This document shows, piece after piece, positions 8,396 through 18,276 of a stretch of 31,980 nt of DNA. The position numbers were made by a program, and so were the translations under genes. Numbering within the stretch: the stretch's first letter is position 1; each line of letters begins with the position of its first letter. This DNA is from a virus (Duplodnaviria; Heunggongvirae; Uroviricota; Caudoviricetes). Location of the stretch: the IMG/VR virus record IMGVR_UViG_2778261537_000006. One strand, written 5' to 3'. Under the pieces are notes generated by a model that saw only the letters and a list, made by a program, of their open reading frames with translations, searched no databases and had not been told where the DNA came from.

Positions 8396-9592
8396 ATGAG
8401 TGATTCCAGCCAGCTTCACAAGGTTGCTCAAAGAGCAAATAGAATGCTCAATGTTCTGACTGAACAAGTACAGTTGCAAAAGGATGAGCTACACGCGAAC
8501 GAGTTTTACCAGGTCTATGCGAAAGCGGCACTGGCAAAATTGCCTCTACTGACTCGTGCGAACGTTGACTATGCCGTAAGTGAAATGGAAGAAAAGGGTT
8601 ATGTTTTCGATAAACGCCCTGCTGGCTCTTCAATGAAATATGCGATGTCAATTCAGAACATCATTGACATATATGAACATCGCGGAGTGCCAAAATACCG
8701 GGATCGCTACAGCGAAGCGTATGTGATTTTCATCTCCAATCTTAAAGGCGGTGTGTCAAAAACTGTATCGACGGTTTCTCTGGCGCATGCAATGCGTGCT
8801 CATCCTCATCTTCTGATGGAAGATTTAAGGATTCTGGTTATTGACCTTGATCCGCAATCTTCAGCAACGATGTTTTTAAGCCATAAACACTCTATTGGTA
8901 TCGTAAACGCAACATCTGCACAGGCTATGTTGCAGAATGTAAGCCGTGAAGAGCTGTTAGAGGAGTTTATTGTTCCTTCTGTTGTACCTGGGGTTGACGT
9001 TATGCCTGCGTCGATTGACGATGCCTTTATTGCATCCGATTGGAGAGAGCTGTGCAATGAGCATCTACCGGGTCAGAACATCCATGCAGTCCTGAAAGAA
9101 AATGTGATTGATAAGCTGAAGAGCGATTATGACTTTATCCTCGTTGATAGTGGTCCTCACCTTGACGCCTTCCTGAAAAATGCTTTGGCCTCGGCCAATA
9201 TACTGTTTACACCTCTGCCGCCTGCAACGGTTGATTTCCACTCATCGCTTAAATACGTTGCCCGCCTTCCTGAGTTGGTGAAACTCATTTCGGATGAAGG
9301 CTGTGAGTGTCAGCTTGCAACTAACATTGGATTTATGTCCAAGTTGAGTAACAAGGCAGACCATAAGTATTGCCATAGCCTGGCTAAAGAAGTGTTCGGT
9401 GGGGATATGCTTGATGTTGTCCTCCCTCGCCTTGACGGTTTTGAACGCTGCGGCGAGTCTTTTGACACTGTTATTTCAGCTAACCCGGCAACGTATGTTG
9501 GTAGTGCTGATGCATTGAAGAACGCGCGAATTGCTGCGGAAGATTTTGCTAAAGCAGTTTTTGACCGTATTGAATTTATCAGATCTAACTGA
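8396..9592 (+). CDS. parA: Partition ATPase, type Ia with N-terminal DNA-binding extension
   Basis: 398 aa with deviant Walker A motif (NLKGGVSKT) and Walker B-like ILVDSG. Followed 16 bp later by parB and then parS. Confidence 0.9.
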   Translation: MSDSSQLHKVAQRANRMLNVLTEQVQLQKDELHANEFYQVYAKAALAKLPLLTRANVDYAVSEMEEKGYVFDKRPAGSSMKYAMSIQNIIDIYEHRGVPKYRDRYSEAYVIFISNLKGGVSKTVSTVSLAHAMRAHPHLLMEDLRILVIDLDPQSSATMFLSHKHSIGIVNATSAQAMLQNVSREELLEEFIVPSVVPGVDVMPASIDDAFIASDWRELCNEHLPGQNIHAVLKENVIDKLKSDYDFILVDSGPHLDAFLKNALASANILFTPLPPATVDFHSSLKYVARLPELVKLISDEGCECQLATNIGFMSKLSNKADHKYCHSLAKEVFGGDMLDVVLPRLDGFERCGESFDTVISANPATYVGSADALKNARIAAEDFAKAVFDRIEFIRSN

Positions 9593-9608
9593 GGAGTAAG
9601 AAACCCCC

Positions 9609-10610
9609 ATGTCAAAGAAAAACAGACCAACAATTGGGCGAACCCTTAATCCTTCAATATTAAGCGGATTTGATAGTTCTTCAGCCTCTGGCGATCGAGT
9701 CGAGCAGGTATTCAAGTTATCAACTGGTCGCCAGGCCACATTTATTGAAGAGGTAATACCTCCGAACCAGGTAGAAAGCGATACCTTTGTTGATCAGCAT
9801 AACAACGGGCGTGACCAGGCATCTCTTACGCCAAAATCATTAAAAAGTATCCGAAGCACTATTAAGCATCAGCAATTTTACCCTGCAATAGGTGTCAGAC
9901 GGGCTACAGGGAAAATTGAAATTTTGGATGGTTCCCGGCGTCGAGCTTCTGCCATCTTAGAGAACGTAGGGTTGCGGGTTTTAGTCACGGACCAGGAGAT
10001 CAGCGTTCAGGAAGCGCAAAATTTAGCGAAAGACGTTCAGACAGCATTGCAGCACAGCATTCGAGAAATAGGTCTGCGTTTGATGCGAATGAAAAATGAT
10101 GGGATGAGTCAGAAGGATATTGCAGCCAAAGAAGGACTGTCTCAGGCGAAGGTCACGCGTGCTCTCCAGGCAGCGAGTGCTCCGGAAGAATTAGTCGCCC
10201 TTTTCCCTGTGCAGTCGGAATTAACCTTTTCGGACTACAAAACGCTTTGTGCTGTTGGCGACGAAATGGGGAACAAGAATTTAGAGTTTGATCAGCTTAT
10301 TCAAAACATATCCCCGGAAATAAACGACATCTTATCCATTGAAGAAATGGCCGAAGATGAAGTTAAAAATAAAATCCTGCGCTTGATAACAAAGGAAGCC
10401 TCACTACTCACGGATAAAGGTTCTAAAGATAAGTCCGTAGTTACTGAATTATGGAAATTTGAGGACAAGGATCGCTTTGCAAGGAAGCGCGTGAAAGGCC
10501 GTGCATTTTCTTATGAGTTTAATCGACTTTCAAAAGAGCTACAGGAAGAACTCGACAGGATGATTGGGCATATCCTTAGAAAGAGCCTCGATAAAAAGCC
10601 GAAGCCTTAA
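9609..10610 (+). CDS. parB: Partition centromere-binding protein
   Basis: 333 aa with a ParB-family N-terminal GxRR motif (ILDGSRRRAS) and a helix-turn-helix region, positioned between parA and parS. Confidence 0.9.
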   Translation: MSKKNRPTIGRTLNPSILSGFDSSSASGDRVEQVFKLSTGRQATFIEEVIPPNQVESDTFVDQHNNGRDQASLTPKSLKSIRSTIKHQQFYPAIGVRRATGKIEILDGSRRRASAILENVGLRVLVTDQEISVQEAQNLAKDVQTALQHSIREIGLRLMRMKNDGMSQKDIAAKEGLSQAKVTRALQAASAPEELVALFPVQSELTFSDYKTLCAVGDEMGNKNLEFDQLIQNISPEINDILSIEEMAEDEVKNKILRLITKEASLLTDKGSKDKSVVTELWKFEDKDRFARKRVKGRAFSYEFNRLSKELQEELDRMIGHILRKSLDKKPKP

Positions 10611-10700
10611 ACTTTCGCCATTCAAATTTCACTGTTAACCTACTGTTTTTAAAGTAAATCAATCTAAAATTTCAAGGTGAAATCGCCACGATTTCACCTT
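10611..10700. promoter_or_regulatory. parS partition site
   Basis: Heptamer box A copies (ATTTCAC at 10625 and 10690, ATTTCAA at 10668, inverted GTGAAAT at 10676) and hexamer box B copies (TCGCCA at 10614 and 10682) flank an AT-rich IHF-like core at 10632-10665. Confidence 0.8.
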
Positions 10701-10755
10701 GGATTTTACCTTCCTCCCCTACTCCCGAAAAAAATAAAAAAATTGCTTGTCACGA

Positions 10756-10784
10756 GAAAGTCAACAAGTGACTTTCAATAAAAT
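10756..10784 (+). promoter_or_regulatory. Putative late promoter
   Basis: Inverted repeat GAAAGTCA-ACAAG-TGACTTTC immediately followed by TAAAAT (-10-like), about 50 bp upstream of the structural gene start. Confidence 0.35.
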
Positions 10785-10835
10785 CTCTTCCGAAAAGGGA
10801 TTCACACAAGTGCCTTGTGTTTAAGGAAGAGTAAA

Positions 10836-12542
10836 TTGAGTAACTTACGCGAATACCAGAATCGTATTGCAGATATCGCAAAACGCTCTAAAGCTGTGCT
10901 TGGCTGGGCAAGCACTGCGCAGTTCGGTACTGATAACCAATTCATTAAAGATGATGCCGCGCGTGCCGCATCTATCCTTGAAGCTGCACGTAAAGACCCG
11001 GTTTTTGCGGGTATCTCTGATAATGCCACCGCTCAAATCGCTACAGCGTGGGCAAGTGCACTGGCTGACTACGCCGCAGCACATAAATCTATGCCGCGTC
11101 CGGAAATTCTGGCCTCCTGCCACCAGACGCTGGAAAACTGCCTGATTGAGTCCACCCGCAATAGCATGGATGCCACTAATAAAGCGATGCTGGAATCCGT
11201 CGCAGCAGAGATGATGAGCGTTTCTGACGGTGTTATGCGTCTGCCTTTATTCCTCGCGATGATCCTGCCTGTTCAGTTGGGGGCAGCTACCGCTGATGCG
11301 TGTACCTTCATTCCGGTTACGCGTGACCAGTCCGACATCTATGAAGTCTTTAACGTGGCAGGTTCCTCTTTTGGTTCTTATGCTGCTGGTGATGTTCTGG
11401 ACATGCAATCCGTCGGTGTGTACAGCCAGTTACGCCGCCGCTATGTGCTGGTGGCAAGCTCCGATGGCACCAGCAAAACCGCAACCTTCAAGATGGAAGA
11501 CTTCGAAGGCCAGAATGTACCAATCCGAAAAGGTCGCACTAATATCTACGTTAACCGTATTAAGTCTGTTGTTGATAACGGTTCCGGCAGCCTACTTCAC
11601 TCGTTTACTAATGCTGCTGGTGAGCAAATCACTGTTACCTGCTCTCTGAACTACAACATTGGTCAGATTGCCCTGTCGTTCTCCAAAGCGCCGGATAAAG
11701 GCACTGAGATCGCAATTGAGACGGAAATCAATATTGAAGCCGCTCCTGAGCTGATCCCGCTGATCAACCACGAAATGAAGAAATACACCCTGTTCCCAAG
11801 CCAGTTCGTTATCGCGGCTGAGCACACGGTACAGGCGGCGTATGAAGCACAGCGTGAATTTGGTCTGGACCTGGGTTCCCTACAGTTCCGCACCCTGAAG
11901 GAATACCTGTCTCATGAACAGGATATGCTGCGTCTTCGCATCATGATCTGGCGTACTCTTGCGAACGACACCTTTGACATCGCTCTGCCGGTTAACCAGT
12001 CCTTTGATGTATGGGCAACCATCATTCGTGGCAAATTCCAGACTGTATATCGCGACATTATTGAGCGCGTTAAATCTTCTGGTGCGATGGGGATGTTTGC
12101 TGGTGCTGATGCAGCATCTTTCTTCAAACAGTTGCCGAAGGATTTCTTCCAGCCAGCCGAAGACTATATCCAGACTCCGTATGTTCACTACATCGGTACC
12201 CTGTTCGGTAACGTGAAAGTGTACGAAGTACCTGCTGGTATTTGTAAGAACTTAACGACAGAGAACATTCAGTTCAGCTCGATGGATGTGCTGTGCTACG
12301 TCCGTGATGAAAATCCGGGTAAAGCAGGCTTCGTGACTGGTGATGCTGTCCCGGCCATCCCGTTCCAGCATCCGACCACTCCGGCGCTGGTCAACCGTAC
12401 CACGCTGTGGGGTTCGGCTATCAACGATATGCACCCACGCAACGGCGCTGATTACTTCACTCGTGTAACGCTGACAATGGCCAAAAAAGGCGGGCTTAAC
12501 TTCATTAGCGGCGACACGATTGATGCCGGTGACTCTGAGTAA
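10836..12542 (+). CDS. 23: Putative major head protein precursor
   Basis: Large ORF heading the late block next to parS. TTG at 10836 preceded by AAGGAAG chosen over the ORF-track TTG at 10815. Function inferred from size (about 63 kDa) and synteny only. Confidence 0.5.
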   Translation: MSNLREYQNRIADIAKRSKAVLGWASTAQFGTDNQFIKDDAARAASILEAARKDPVFAGISDNATAQIATAWASALADYAAAHKSMPRPEILASCHQTLENCLIESTRNSMDATNKAMLESVAAEMMSVSDGVMRLPLFLAMILPVQLGAATADACTFIPVTRDQSDIYEVFNVAGSSFGSYAAGDVLDMQSVGVYSQLRRRYVLVASSDGTSKTATFKMEDFEGQNVPIRKGRTNIYVNRIKSVVDNGSGSLLHSFTNAAGEQITVTCSLNYNIGQIALSFSKAPDKGTEIAIETEINIEAAPELIPLINHEMKKYTLFPSQFVIAAEHTVQAAYEAQREFGLDLGSLQFRTLKEYLSHEQDMLRLRIMIWRTLANDTFDIALPVNQSFDVWATIIRGKFQTVYRDIIERVKSSGAMGMFAGADAASFFKQLPKDFFQPAEDYIQTPYVHYIGTLFGNVKVYEVPAGICKNLTTENIQFSSMDVLCYVRDENPGKAGFVTGDAVPAIPFQHPTTPALVNRTTLWGSAINDMHPRNGADYFTRVTLTMAKKGGLNFISGDTIDAGDSE

Positions 12543-12568
12543 TCAGGGGAAGTTCTCCGTTTAACATA

Positions 12569-12587
12569 GCGCCCCCGTGCGGGGCGC
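12569..12587 (+). promoter_or_regulatory. GC-rich intercistronic stem-loop without U-tract
   Basis: GCGCCCC-CGTGC-GGGGCGC hairpin between the head-protein stop and the next gene's ribosome-binding site. Confidence 0.35.
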
Positions 12588-12602
12588 ATAACAGGGAAAG
12601 TT

Positions 12603-14192
12603 ATGTCTCAATATTCAATTCAACAGTCATTAGGTAATGCATCCGGCGTCGCGGTTAGCCCGATCAATGCCGATGCGACGTTATCTACCGGTGTTGCATT
12701 AAATAGCAGCTTATGGGCTGGTATTGGCGTATTTGCGCGTGGCAAGCCGTTTACTGTTCTTGCGGTTACTGAGTCCAATTACGAAGATGTTCTCGGCGAA
12801 CCGCTGAAGCCGTCTTCCGGCTCACAGTTCGAACCAATTCGCCATGTATACGAAGCTATTCAGCAAACGTCTGGTTATGTTGTTCGCGCTGTTCCGGATG
12901 ATGCGAAGTTCCCGATTATTATGTTCGATGAATCAGGCGAACCGGCTTACAGTGCGTTGCCATACGGTTCTGAAATTGAACTTGATAGTGGCGAAGCCTT
13001 TGCTATCTACGTTGATGATGGTGATCCGTGTATTTCACCTACCCGTGAGTTAACCATCGAAACGGCAACAGCGGACAGCGCGGGTAATGAACGCTTCCTC
13101 TTAAAACTGACCCAGACGACTTCGCTCGGCGTGGTAACGACCCTGGAGACACACACTGTGTCTTTGGCGGAAGAAGCGAAAGATGACATGGGCCGCTTGT
13201 GTTATCTGCCTACGGCTCTGGAAGCCCGTTCTAAATATCTGCGCGCGGTTGTTAATGAAGAGCTGATTTCGACAGCGAAAGTAACAAACAAAAAATCGTT
13301 GGCGTTCACTGGCGGTACCAACGGCGATCAGTCGAAAATCTCAACCGCTGCGTACCTGCGTGCGGTTAAAGTGCTGAATAATGCGCCGTACATGTACACC
13401 GCTGTTCTCGGCCTGGGTTGCTATGACAATGCGGCGATCACCGCGTTAGGTAATATCTGTTCTGATCGCCTGATTGATGGCTTCTTTGATGTCAAACCGA
13501 CATTGACGTATACGGAAGCGCTCTCTGCTGTTGAAGATACCGGTTTACTTGGTACCGATTATGTAAGCTGTGCTGTCTATCACTTCCCGTTCTCCTGCAA
13601 AGACAAATGGACCCAATCCCGTGTGGTCTTCGGTCTGTCTGGCGCGGCGTATGCGGCGAAAGCTCGTGGCGTCAAGAAAAACTCTGATGTCGGCGGTTGG
13701 CATTACTCACCGGCTGGTGAAGAACGTGCCGTCATTGCTCGTGCGTCAATTCAACCGCTGTATCCGGAAGATACCCCGGACGAAGAAGCAATGGTCAAGG
13801 GCCGTCTCAATAAAGTATCTGTTGGCACCTCTGGCCAGATGATCATCGACGATGCTTTAACTTGCTGCACGCAGGATAACTATCTGCACTTCCAGCACGT
13901 CCCATCCCTGATGAATGCAATCAGCCGTTTCTTTGTCCAGTTAGCCCGACAGATGAAGCATAGCCCGGACGGTATTACTGCGGCTGGCCTGACTAAAGGG
14001 ATGACCAAACTTTTAGATCGCTTTGTCGCCTCCGGCGCTCTGGTGGCTCCTCGTGATCCTGATGCTGACGGTACAGAACCGTATGTGCTGAAAGTTACGC
14101 AGGCGGAATTCGATAAATGGGAAGTAGTCTGGGCCTGCTGCCCGACTGGCGTAGCCCGTCGTATCCAGGGCGTACCGCTGCTTATTAAGTAA
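12603..14192 (+). CDS. 22: Putative contractile tail sheath protein
   Basis: 529-aa ORF (about 57 kDa) after the head gene. Assignment by size and synteny, not by a recognisable motif. Confidence 0.5.
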   Translation: MSQYSIQQSLGNASGVAVSPINADATLSTGVALNSSLWAGIGVFARGKPFTVLAVTESNYEDVLGEPLKPSSGSQFEPIRHVYEAIQQTSGYVVRAVPDDAKFPIIMFDESGEPAYSALPYGSEIELDSGEAFAIYVDDGDPCISPTRELTIETATADSAGNERFLLKLTQTTSLGVVTTLETHTVSLAEEAKDDMGRLCYLPTALEARSKYLRAVVNEELISTAKVTNKKSLAFTGGTNGDQSKISTAAYLRAVKVLNNAPYMYTAVLGLGCYDNAAITALGNICSDRLIDGFFDVKPTLTYTEALSAVEDTGLLGTDYVSCAVYHFPFSCKDKWTQSRVVFGLSGAAYAAKARGVKKNSDVGGWHYSPAGEERAVIARASIQPLYPEDTPDEEAMVKGRLNKVSVGTSGQMIIDDALTCCTQDNYLHFQHVPSLMNAISRFFVQLARQMKHSPDGITAAGLTKGMTKLLDRFVASGALVAPRDPDADGTEPYVLKVTQAEFDKWEVVWACCPTGVARRIQGVPLLIK

Positions 14193-14201
14193 GGGAATAC
14201 A

Positions 14202-15017
14202 ATGAGCAAAAACTTTTTTCAATCCGGGGCATTTTTGGGGAATGGACTGTCCCGTTTCGCTTTGAACTCTGATCCTGTGCAGCTGATGGAGTCTGCCCGA
14301 GCAAGCGCCGAACCGCCAACAGATCCGGTTATTAATAATAATCCGGAACCGGCGGCACAGACTAACGATAACGTTCCATCTGCCCCGGCTCCAGAGCAAA
14401 TCCTGGAAGGGAAAGACGGTAAAGAATGGACCGTCGAACAGGCGCACCAGATGATTCTGGAAGCTGCAAATCGAAGTGCTATGCAGAATGCGTTGAGTGA
14501 TGTGGCCGACGCCGTTTTCTCCTGGGCTGATAGCGGTGATCTGACTTTCGACTCCCTTGATGGTTTCGTTCAGGCTATCGCTGGTATCTCTGATGACGAC
14601 GACTCCGAAGTTACAGAAGAACAGGACGATGCCTATAACGAAGCATGGGCAAATGTTGCTGACTTCCTCGCAGCATGCGGTGTAGATGATGACCTGATCG
14701 AAGCACTGGCTGACGATGAAGACGACGACGCTGCTGCTGATGTTGGTGCCTCTATCGCTGGTTTAGATAGCGACGACCGTGACGAACTGGAAGCGGCGTT
14801 TGTTGTTGCTGGCACTTCTGATGAAATGCTGACTGAAGCATTTAAGAAGGTTGTTCGTAACGGTGAGATCAAACTCATCCGTAAACGCCTGCGTAAAAAA
14901 CGTCTGACTGCGGCTCAAAAATCGGCGCTGAAAAAAGCGCGTCGAAAAGCCCAGACCGGCGCGGCAAAACTTGCCCGCAAAAAGTCAATGAAACTGCGCC
15001 GTAAGCGCCTTGGCTAA
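14202..15017 (+). CDS. Bipartite protein: strongly acidic core with Lys/Arg-rich C-terminal tail
   Basis: ATG at 14202 with AAGGGA ribosome-binding site. Asp/Glu-rich runs (ISDDDDSEVTEEQDD, ADDEDDDAAAD) and C-terminal basic tail (IRKRLRKKRLTAAQKSALKKARRKAQTGAAKLARKKSMKLRRKRLG). Confidence 0.6.
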   Translation: MSKNFFQSGAFLGNGLSRFALNSDPVQLMESARASAEPPTDPVINNNPEPAAQTNDNVPSAPAPEQILEGKDGKEWTVEQAHQMILEAANRSAMQNALSDVADAVFSWADSGDLTFDSLDGFVQAIAGISDDDDSEVTEEQDDAYNEAWANVADFLAACGVDDDLIEALADDEDDDAAADVGASIAGLDSDDRDELEAAFVVAGTSDEMLTEAFKKVVRNGEIKLIRKRLRKKRLTAAQKSALKKARRKAQTGAAKLARKKSMKLRRKRLG

Positions 15018-15024
15018 AGGAGGG

Positions 15025-15048
15025 GGCCGGAGAACTCCGGCCTTTAAC
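15025..15048 (+). terminator. Possible stem-loop terminator or attenuator
   Basis: GGCCGGAG / CTCCGGCC inverted repeat followed by TTTAACTT. Confidence 0.3.
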
Positions 15049-15052
15049 TTGA

Positions 15053-15634
15053 ATGGCTCCTATAGCTTATGGGGTTTACAGCCAGGCTGACGGTGTATCG
15101 CCATATCTGAAAGTTACTTTAACGAACTCTCAGTACCAGGTTACCGGATATATCAGCCAGGGAGCGGCAATGAACATGGCCCAGAATTGGGAAGCGCCAT
15201 TTACCGGTATGTCCATGGGATCTGTTTCTGGTGCTCTGGGTGGTTTTGTGCAAGTAGGTACTGAAACAACGTCTGTTGCCCGTTGGAATAGCTTAATGGT
15301 TTGGGAAGGGGGGACTCCGCCGACGTTCACGCTGCCCGTAACTTTCATTGCTTTGAACAATCCATTCATTGAAGTTTCAGGCGCTATCGCCGCGTTGACA
15401 GCCATGATTAGCCCGGAACTAAAAGCGGCCAATGTTGGTGGTCGAATCCCGGAGCGCGTGACGCTAAACATTGGTCGCCGGATCAACATCACCGATGTCG
15501 CCATCCAGGACTTAAGTTTTGATCTCGATGCGCCAAGGGACAGTAATGGATATTTCCTGAAAAACACCGTCAACCTCCAGTTGACCGGTTCTTCGATATA
15601 TAACAGCTCCGATATTGTTCGGGCGTTCCAGTAA
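15053..15634 (+). CDS. Putative virion structural protein
   Basis: 193-aa ORF in the late structural block. No clear ribosome-binding site and no recognisable domain. Confidence 0.45.
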   Translation: MAPIAYGVYSQADGVSPYLKVTLTNSQYQVTGYISQGAAMNMAQNWEAPFTGMSMGSVSGALGGFVQVGTETTSVARWNSLMVWEGGTPPTFTLPVTFIALNNPFIEVSGAIAALTAMISPELKAANVGGRIPERVTLNIGRRINITDVAIQDLSFDLDAPRDSNGYFLKNTVNLQLTGSSIYNSSDIVRAFQ

Positions 15635-15645
15635 AAGGATTTTAT

Positions 15646-16155
15646 ATGGGGCACAATAACACTAAGGGAAACCGTAAATTTATTAAGGGCCGCTATACTG
15701 CCAACGCGGCCAAAGGCGAACGACTGGTATCTTCTGAATTCCAGCTCACTTTTGCAGGCTATGAAGATATCAGCGTACTGGTTCGCACGTCGCAAATCCC
15801 TGAAATGACCCGCGAGGATGTGGAGGACTATGGCCCAAATGGTGTGAAGTTCAACCAGCACGGTCCAATCCGTAACTCCGGGGAAATCCAGGTCCAGTGC
15901 GTGGAGACTATCGAAGGCGATATTCTTCAGTTCATTAAAGATCGCATTGCGGCGAAGGACTATGTTGATATCACGATGGCTGCGACCCCTGAATCCAAAT
16001 CTTCCGGGGTTAACGCTGTGACAAAAGCTGCTACAACAATTGAAATGTTGGACTGCAAAATCTACAGTGATGCAATCGACTTTAGTACCGAAGATGTGAC
16101 TGCCGCTGTGCGCCCGTCACTTCGTATCGTCTACAACTGGATTGAGTGGGATTAA
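15646..16155 (+). CDS. Putative virion structural protein
   Basis: 169-aa ORF with AAAGGA ribosome-binding site, ending at a strong terminator. Confidence 0.5.
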   Translation: MGHNNTKGNRKFIKGRYTANAAKGERLVSSEFQLTFAGYEDISVLVRTSQIPEMTREDVEDYGPNGVKFNQHGPIRNSGEIQVQCVETIEGDILQFIKDRIAAKDYVDITMAATPESKSSGVNAVTKAATTIEMLDCKIYSDAIDFSTEDVTAAVRPSLRIVYNWIEWD

Positions 16156-16174
16156 GAGTCATCCCTTGTATTTT

Positions 16175-16199
16175 AAAGCTCCTTCGGGAGCTTTTTTTA
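16175..16199 (+). terminator. Intrinsic terminator
   Basis: AAAGCTCC-TTCG-GGAGCTTT hairpin followed by TTTTTTT. Confidence 0.7.
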
Positions 16200-16326
16200 T
16201 AACTATTTTATATAAACATGCATCGATAACATTGTCTGGAGTTTTATGTTAGATTATTAATGTTCTAATAAACTACAATTATTGAGGTAGCTGTTTGTGC
16301 CTGTACTGTTAAAGGGGGACTCTAAA

Positions 16327-16923
16327 ATGGCTGTGATTCCAATGTCGTACTCCCCGGGTACTGTCGCTCGTCGATTTTCGATCCTGGACGGAGTTACCAT
16401 CCAAGGTGTGCTTTACCAGGTTATATGGGATTCCAAAACCCCATTTGCAGCTGTAATAGAGGCTGCGCCTTCTATTATCGATGGTGATATGCGCCATAAG
16501 GTTGTCGCTACTCTTGAACTTCAACGTCGCCCGCAGCTTGAAGGCGTACTGGTAAGGAAGTTCTGGGAGGATAGCGATGTTGCCCAGATTGAAGGTATCG
16601 TGGTTGATGGAACCGTCCGGGATGTCGGTTTAGCTACTTTTGTTTACGAAACCGTAGCCTCAAAAGCTGGTGTTGTTTTGCTCAGTGATAATGAGCAATA
16701 CGAAGGTGGAAAAGCTCTTTGGCAACACATCGCCCGTCGCTCTTCCGAGCTAAAAGTGTTTATCCTTGACACCGATGCCGCTCAGTATTACCCGTTTGAC
16801 GGCGAACGTGTTTGCTATGACGGGGTAAGTATTCCTGAATCCGAGATATGGAGTGAACACCCAGATCGAAGTAAGCATGGGGTTGTTCTGGTCGCTGAAT
16901 CCATAATTGGAAATGCGGCATAG
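16327..16923 (+). CDS. Hypothetical protein, isolated transcription unit
   Basis: ATG at 16327 preceded by AAGGGGGAC (the ORF-track GTG at 16297 was rejected). Bounded by terminators and preceded by an AT-rich region. Confidence 0.5.
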   Translation: MAVIPMSYSPGTVARRFSILDGVTIQGVLYQVIWDSKTPFAAVIEAAPSIIDGDMRHKVVATLELQRRPQLEGVLVRKFWEDSDVAQIEGIVVDGTVRDVGLATFVYETVASKAGVVLLSDNEQYEGGKALWQHIARRSSELKVFILDTDAAQYYPFDGERVCYDGVSIPESEIWSEHPDRSKHGVVLVAESIIGNAA

Positions 16924-17046
16924 CAGTAAAAAATTCCTTGCTCCTTAAAAGGGGAGAGGGTTAATCTACGTATGCTAAGCATAGATATGGCCTCAGATTA
17001 ATGTTAAGCGTCTTGCAGGACGCGTAATGTTATCTGGGGCTTTCTT

Positions 17047-17084
17047 CTATCTGCTTTTCGGGTAATGCCTGAAGCAGATAGCCT
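17047..17084. terminator. Long inverted repeat in a convergent intergenic region
   Basis: CTATCTGCTT and AAGCAGATAG form a 10-bp perfect stem with an 18-nt loop, between a plus-strand and a minus-strand gene; smaller hairpins nearby at 16942-16957 and 17008-17023. Confidence 0.4.
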
Positions 17085-17105
17085 CAAGCACCCGCAACGA
17101 TTGTA

Positions 17106-17351
17106 TCAATGTCTGGCTTTTTTTCTATAGAAATCACCTGGAAGGGTGAATATCCACATCAGAAGAAATGTTGCAGCAAACATGATCCCTAATGGCCAGA
17201 CCGCGCCAAAGAAAATCCATTCTAAGATCTCCTCTGCTTGTTCTTTGCGGTCGATATCGACAAGCATTTTTCGGCTGATCATGTATACACAGAAGCCAAT
17301 ACAAACATATCCTGCAAAAGCGATCGCTAACTGTAAAAAATCAGATTGCAT
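17106..17351 (-). CDS. Small integral membrane protein
   Basis: Internal ATG at 17349-17351 preceded by GAGGTCGGAG. Two predicted hydrophobic helices (LAIAFAGYVCIGFCVYMI and FFGAVWPLGIMFAATFLLMWIF). Lies downstream of repL in the same direction. Confidence 0.45.
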   Translation of the reverse strand: MQSDFLQLAIAFAGYVCIGFCVYMISRKMLVDIDRKEQAEEILEWIFFGAVWPLGIMFAATFLLMWIFTLPGDFYRKKARH

Positions 17352-17401
17352 CTCCGACCTCAAACTGAAAACGCCAGGTGACTCCAGATTAGAGCAATCT
17401 A

Positions 17402-18247
17402 TCACCCTCTGAATCCTGCCGGTATACCCCATTGTTCGTTATCTTTATTTTTGGCTAAAACCGCATTAAGAGCTTCGTTTACCGTCATGCAATGCGGCAA
17501 ATTATCGAAGTTTGATACCCCGCCAATATCAGGAGAACGCTTGTTCTTCAGGTAAGCATATTTCCGCGCTGCCGCCTCTACTTTCTGCTTGAACTCATGT
17601 TTTTGAGCGCGCTTTTTGGATAACCGCAGATTGTCAGCCTTTGCTTTTGCCTCAGCGATCCATGAAGTCAATTTTTTGAGTCTGCTCGTTCCGGCACCGC
17701 CGGAAACTGATCTTTTTGTTTTTTTAACTTGTGACTTCTTATTCTTTATTGCCACGTCATCCTGACAGGGGGAGGGGGTATCATTTTGACATGGGGGTGT
17801 GGATAAAAAATTAAATAAAGCCAATGTCTTAGCGAGAACAGCTTTAACCTTGGTTGCCGCTGAAGAGATCTTTAATTTGCTTTCAATCAGCGCATTTTTG
17901 GCTTGTTGTGCGAAGGCCAAAAAGGATGGCGTAAACCGGTACAGGTTAGCGCGACGTTCACGGTGATCGCCGATAACAATCTCTACAGACAGAATTCCTT
18001 TGTTTACAGCTTCACGGAATGCACGAACGACGGTTGATTGGCTATAACCAGTTTCTGCCGCGATCAGGCGGTGAGGCTTGTGAATGAAGTATTCACTGGT
18101 TGTTGCCGCGAGATTTGCACATTGCGACAGGATATGCCCGGTGCTACGGGATAGACCGGAGTGTGTTACAAAGCAGGCCAATTCATAGCCAGAAAAAGTA
18201 AAATCGCTCATCGTTATACAGCTCAGGAAAGTGACTTTAGCCAGCAT
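17402..18247 (-). CDS. repL: Lytic replication protein
   Basis: 281-aa ORF immediately downstream of kilA in an operon behind a C1 operator, matching the P1 kilA-repL arrangement and sizes as I recall them. Contains a helix-turn-helix-like segment (AETGYSQSTVVRAFREAVNKGILS). Confidence 0.65.
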   Translation of the reverse strand: MLAKVTFLSCITMSDFTFSGYELACFVTHSGLSRSTGHILSQCANLAATTSEYFIHKPHRLIAAETGYSQSTVVRAFREAVNKGILSVEIVIGDHRERRANLYRFTPSFLAFAQQAKNALIESKLKISSAATKVKAVLAKTLALFNFLSTPPCQNDTPSPCQDDVAIKNKKSQVKKTKRSVSGGAGTSRLKKLTSWIAEAKAKADNLRLSKKRAQKHEFKQKVEAAARKYAYLKNKRSPDIGGVSNFDNLPHCMTVNEALNAVLAKNKDNEQWGIPAGFRG

Positions 18248-18276
18248 TACAATGCTGGTGGTTCTTACTACGTCTG

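Noticed and set aside
10815-10835. ORF-track TTG start for the head-protein gene at 10815
   Set aside because: An in-frame TTG at 10836 is preceded by a well-spaced AAGGAAG ribosome-binding site, whereas 10815 has none. Both remain possible; neither is an ATG.
17388-17398. Partial operator match ATTAGAGCAAT between the small membrane gene and the repL stop
   Set aside because: Only 11 of 17 consensus positions match (the AAATTT half is absent). Could be a half-site but is not distinguishable from chance by eye.
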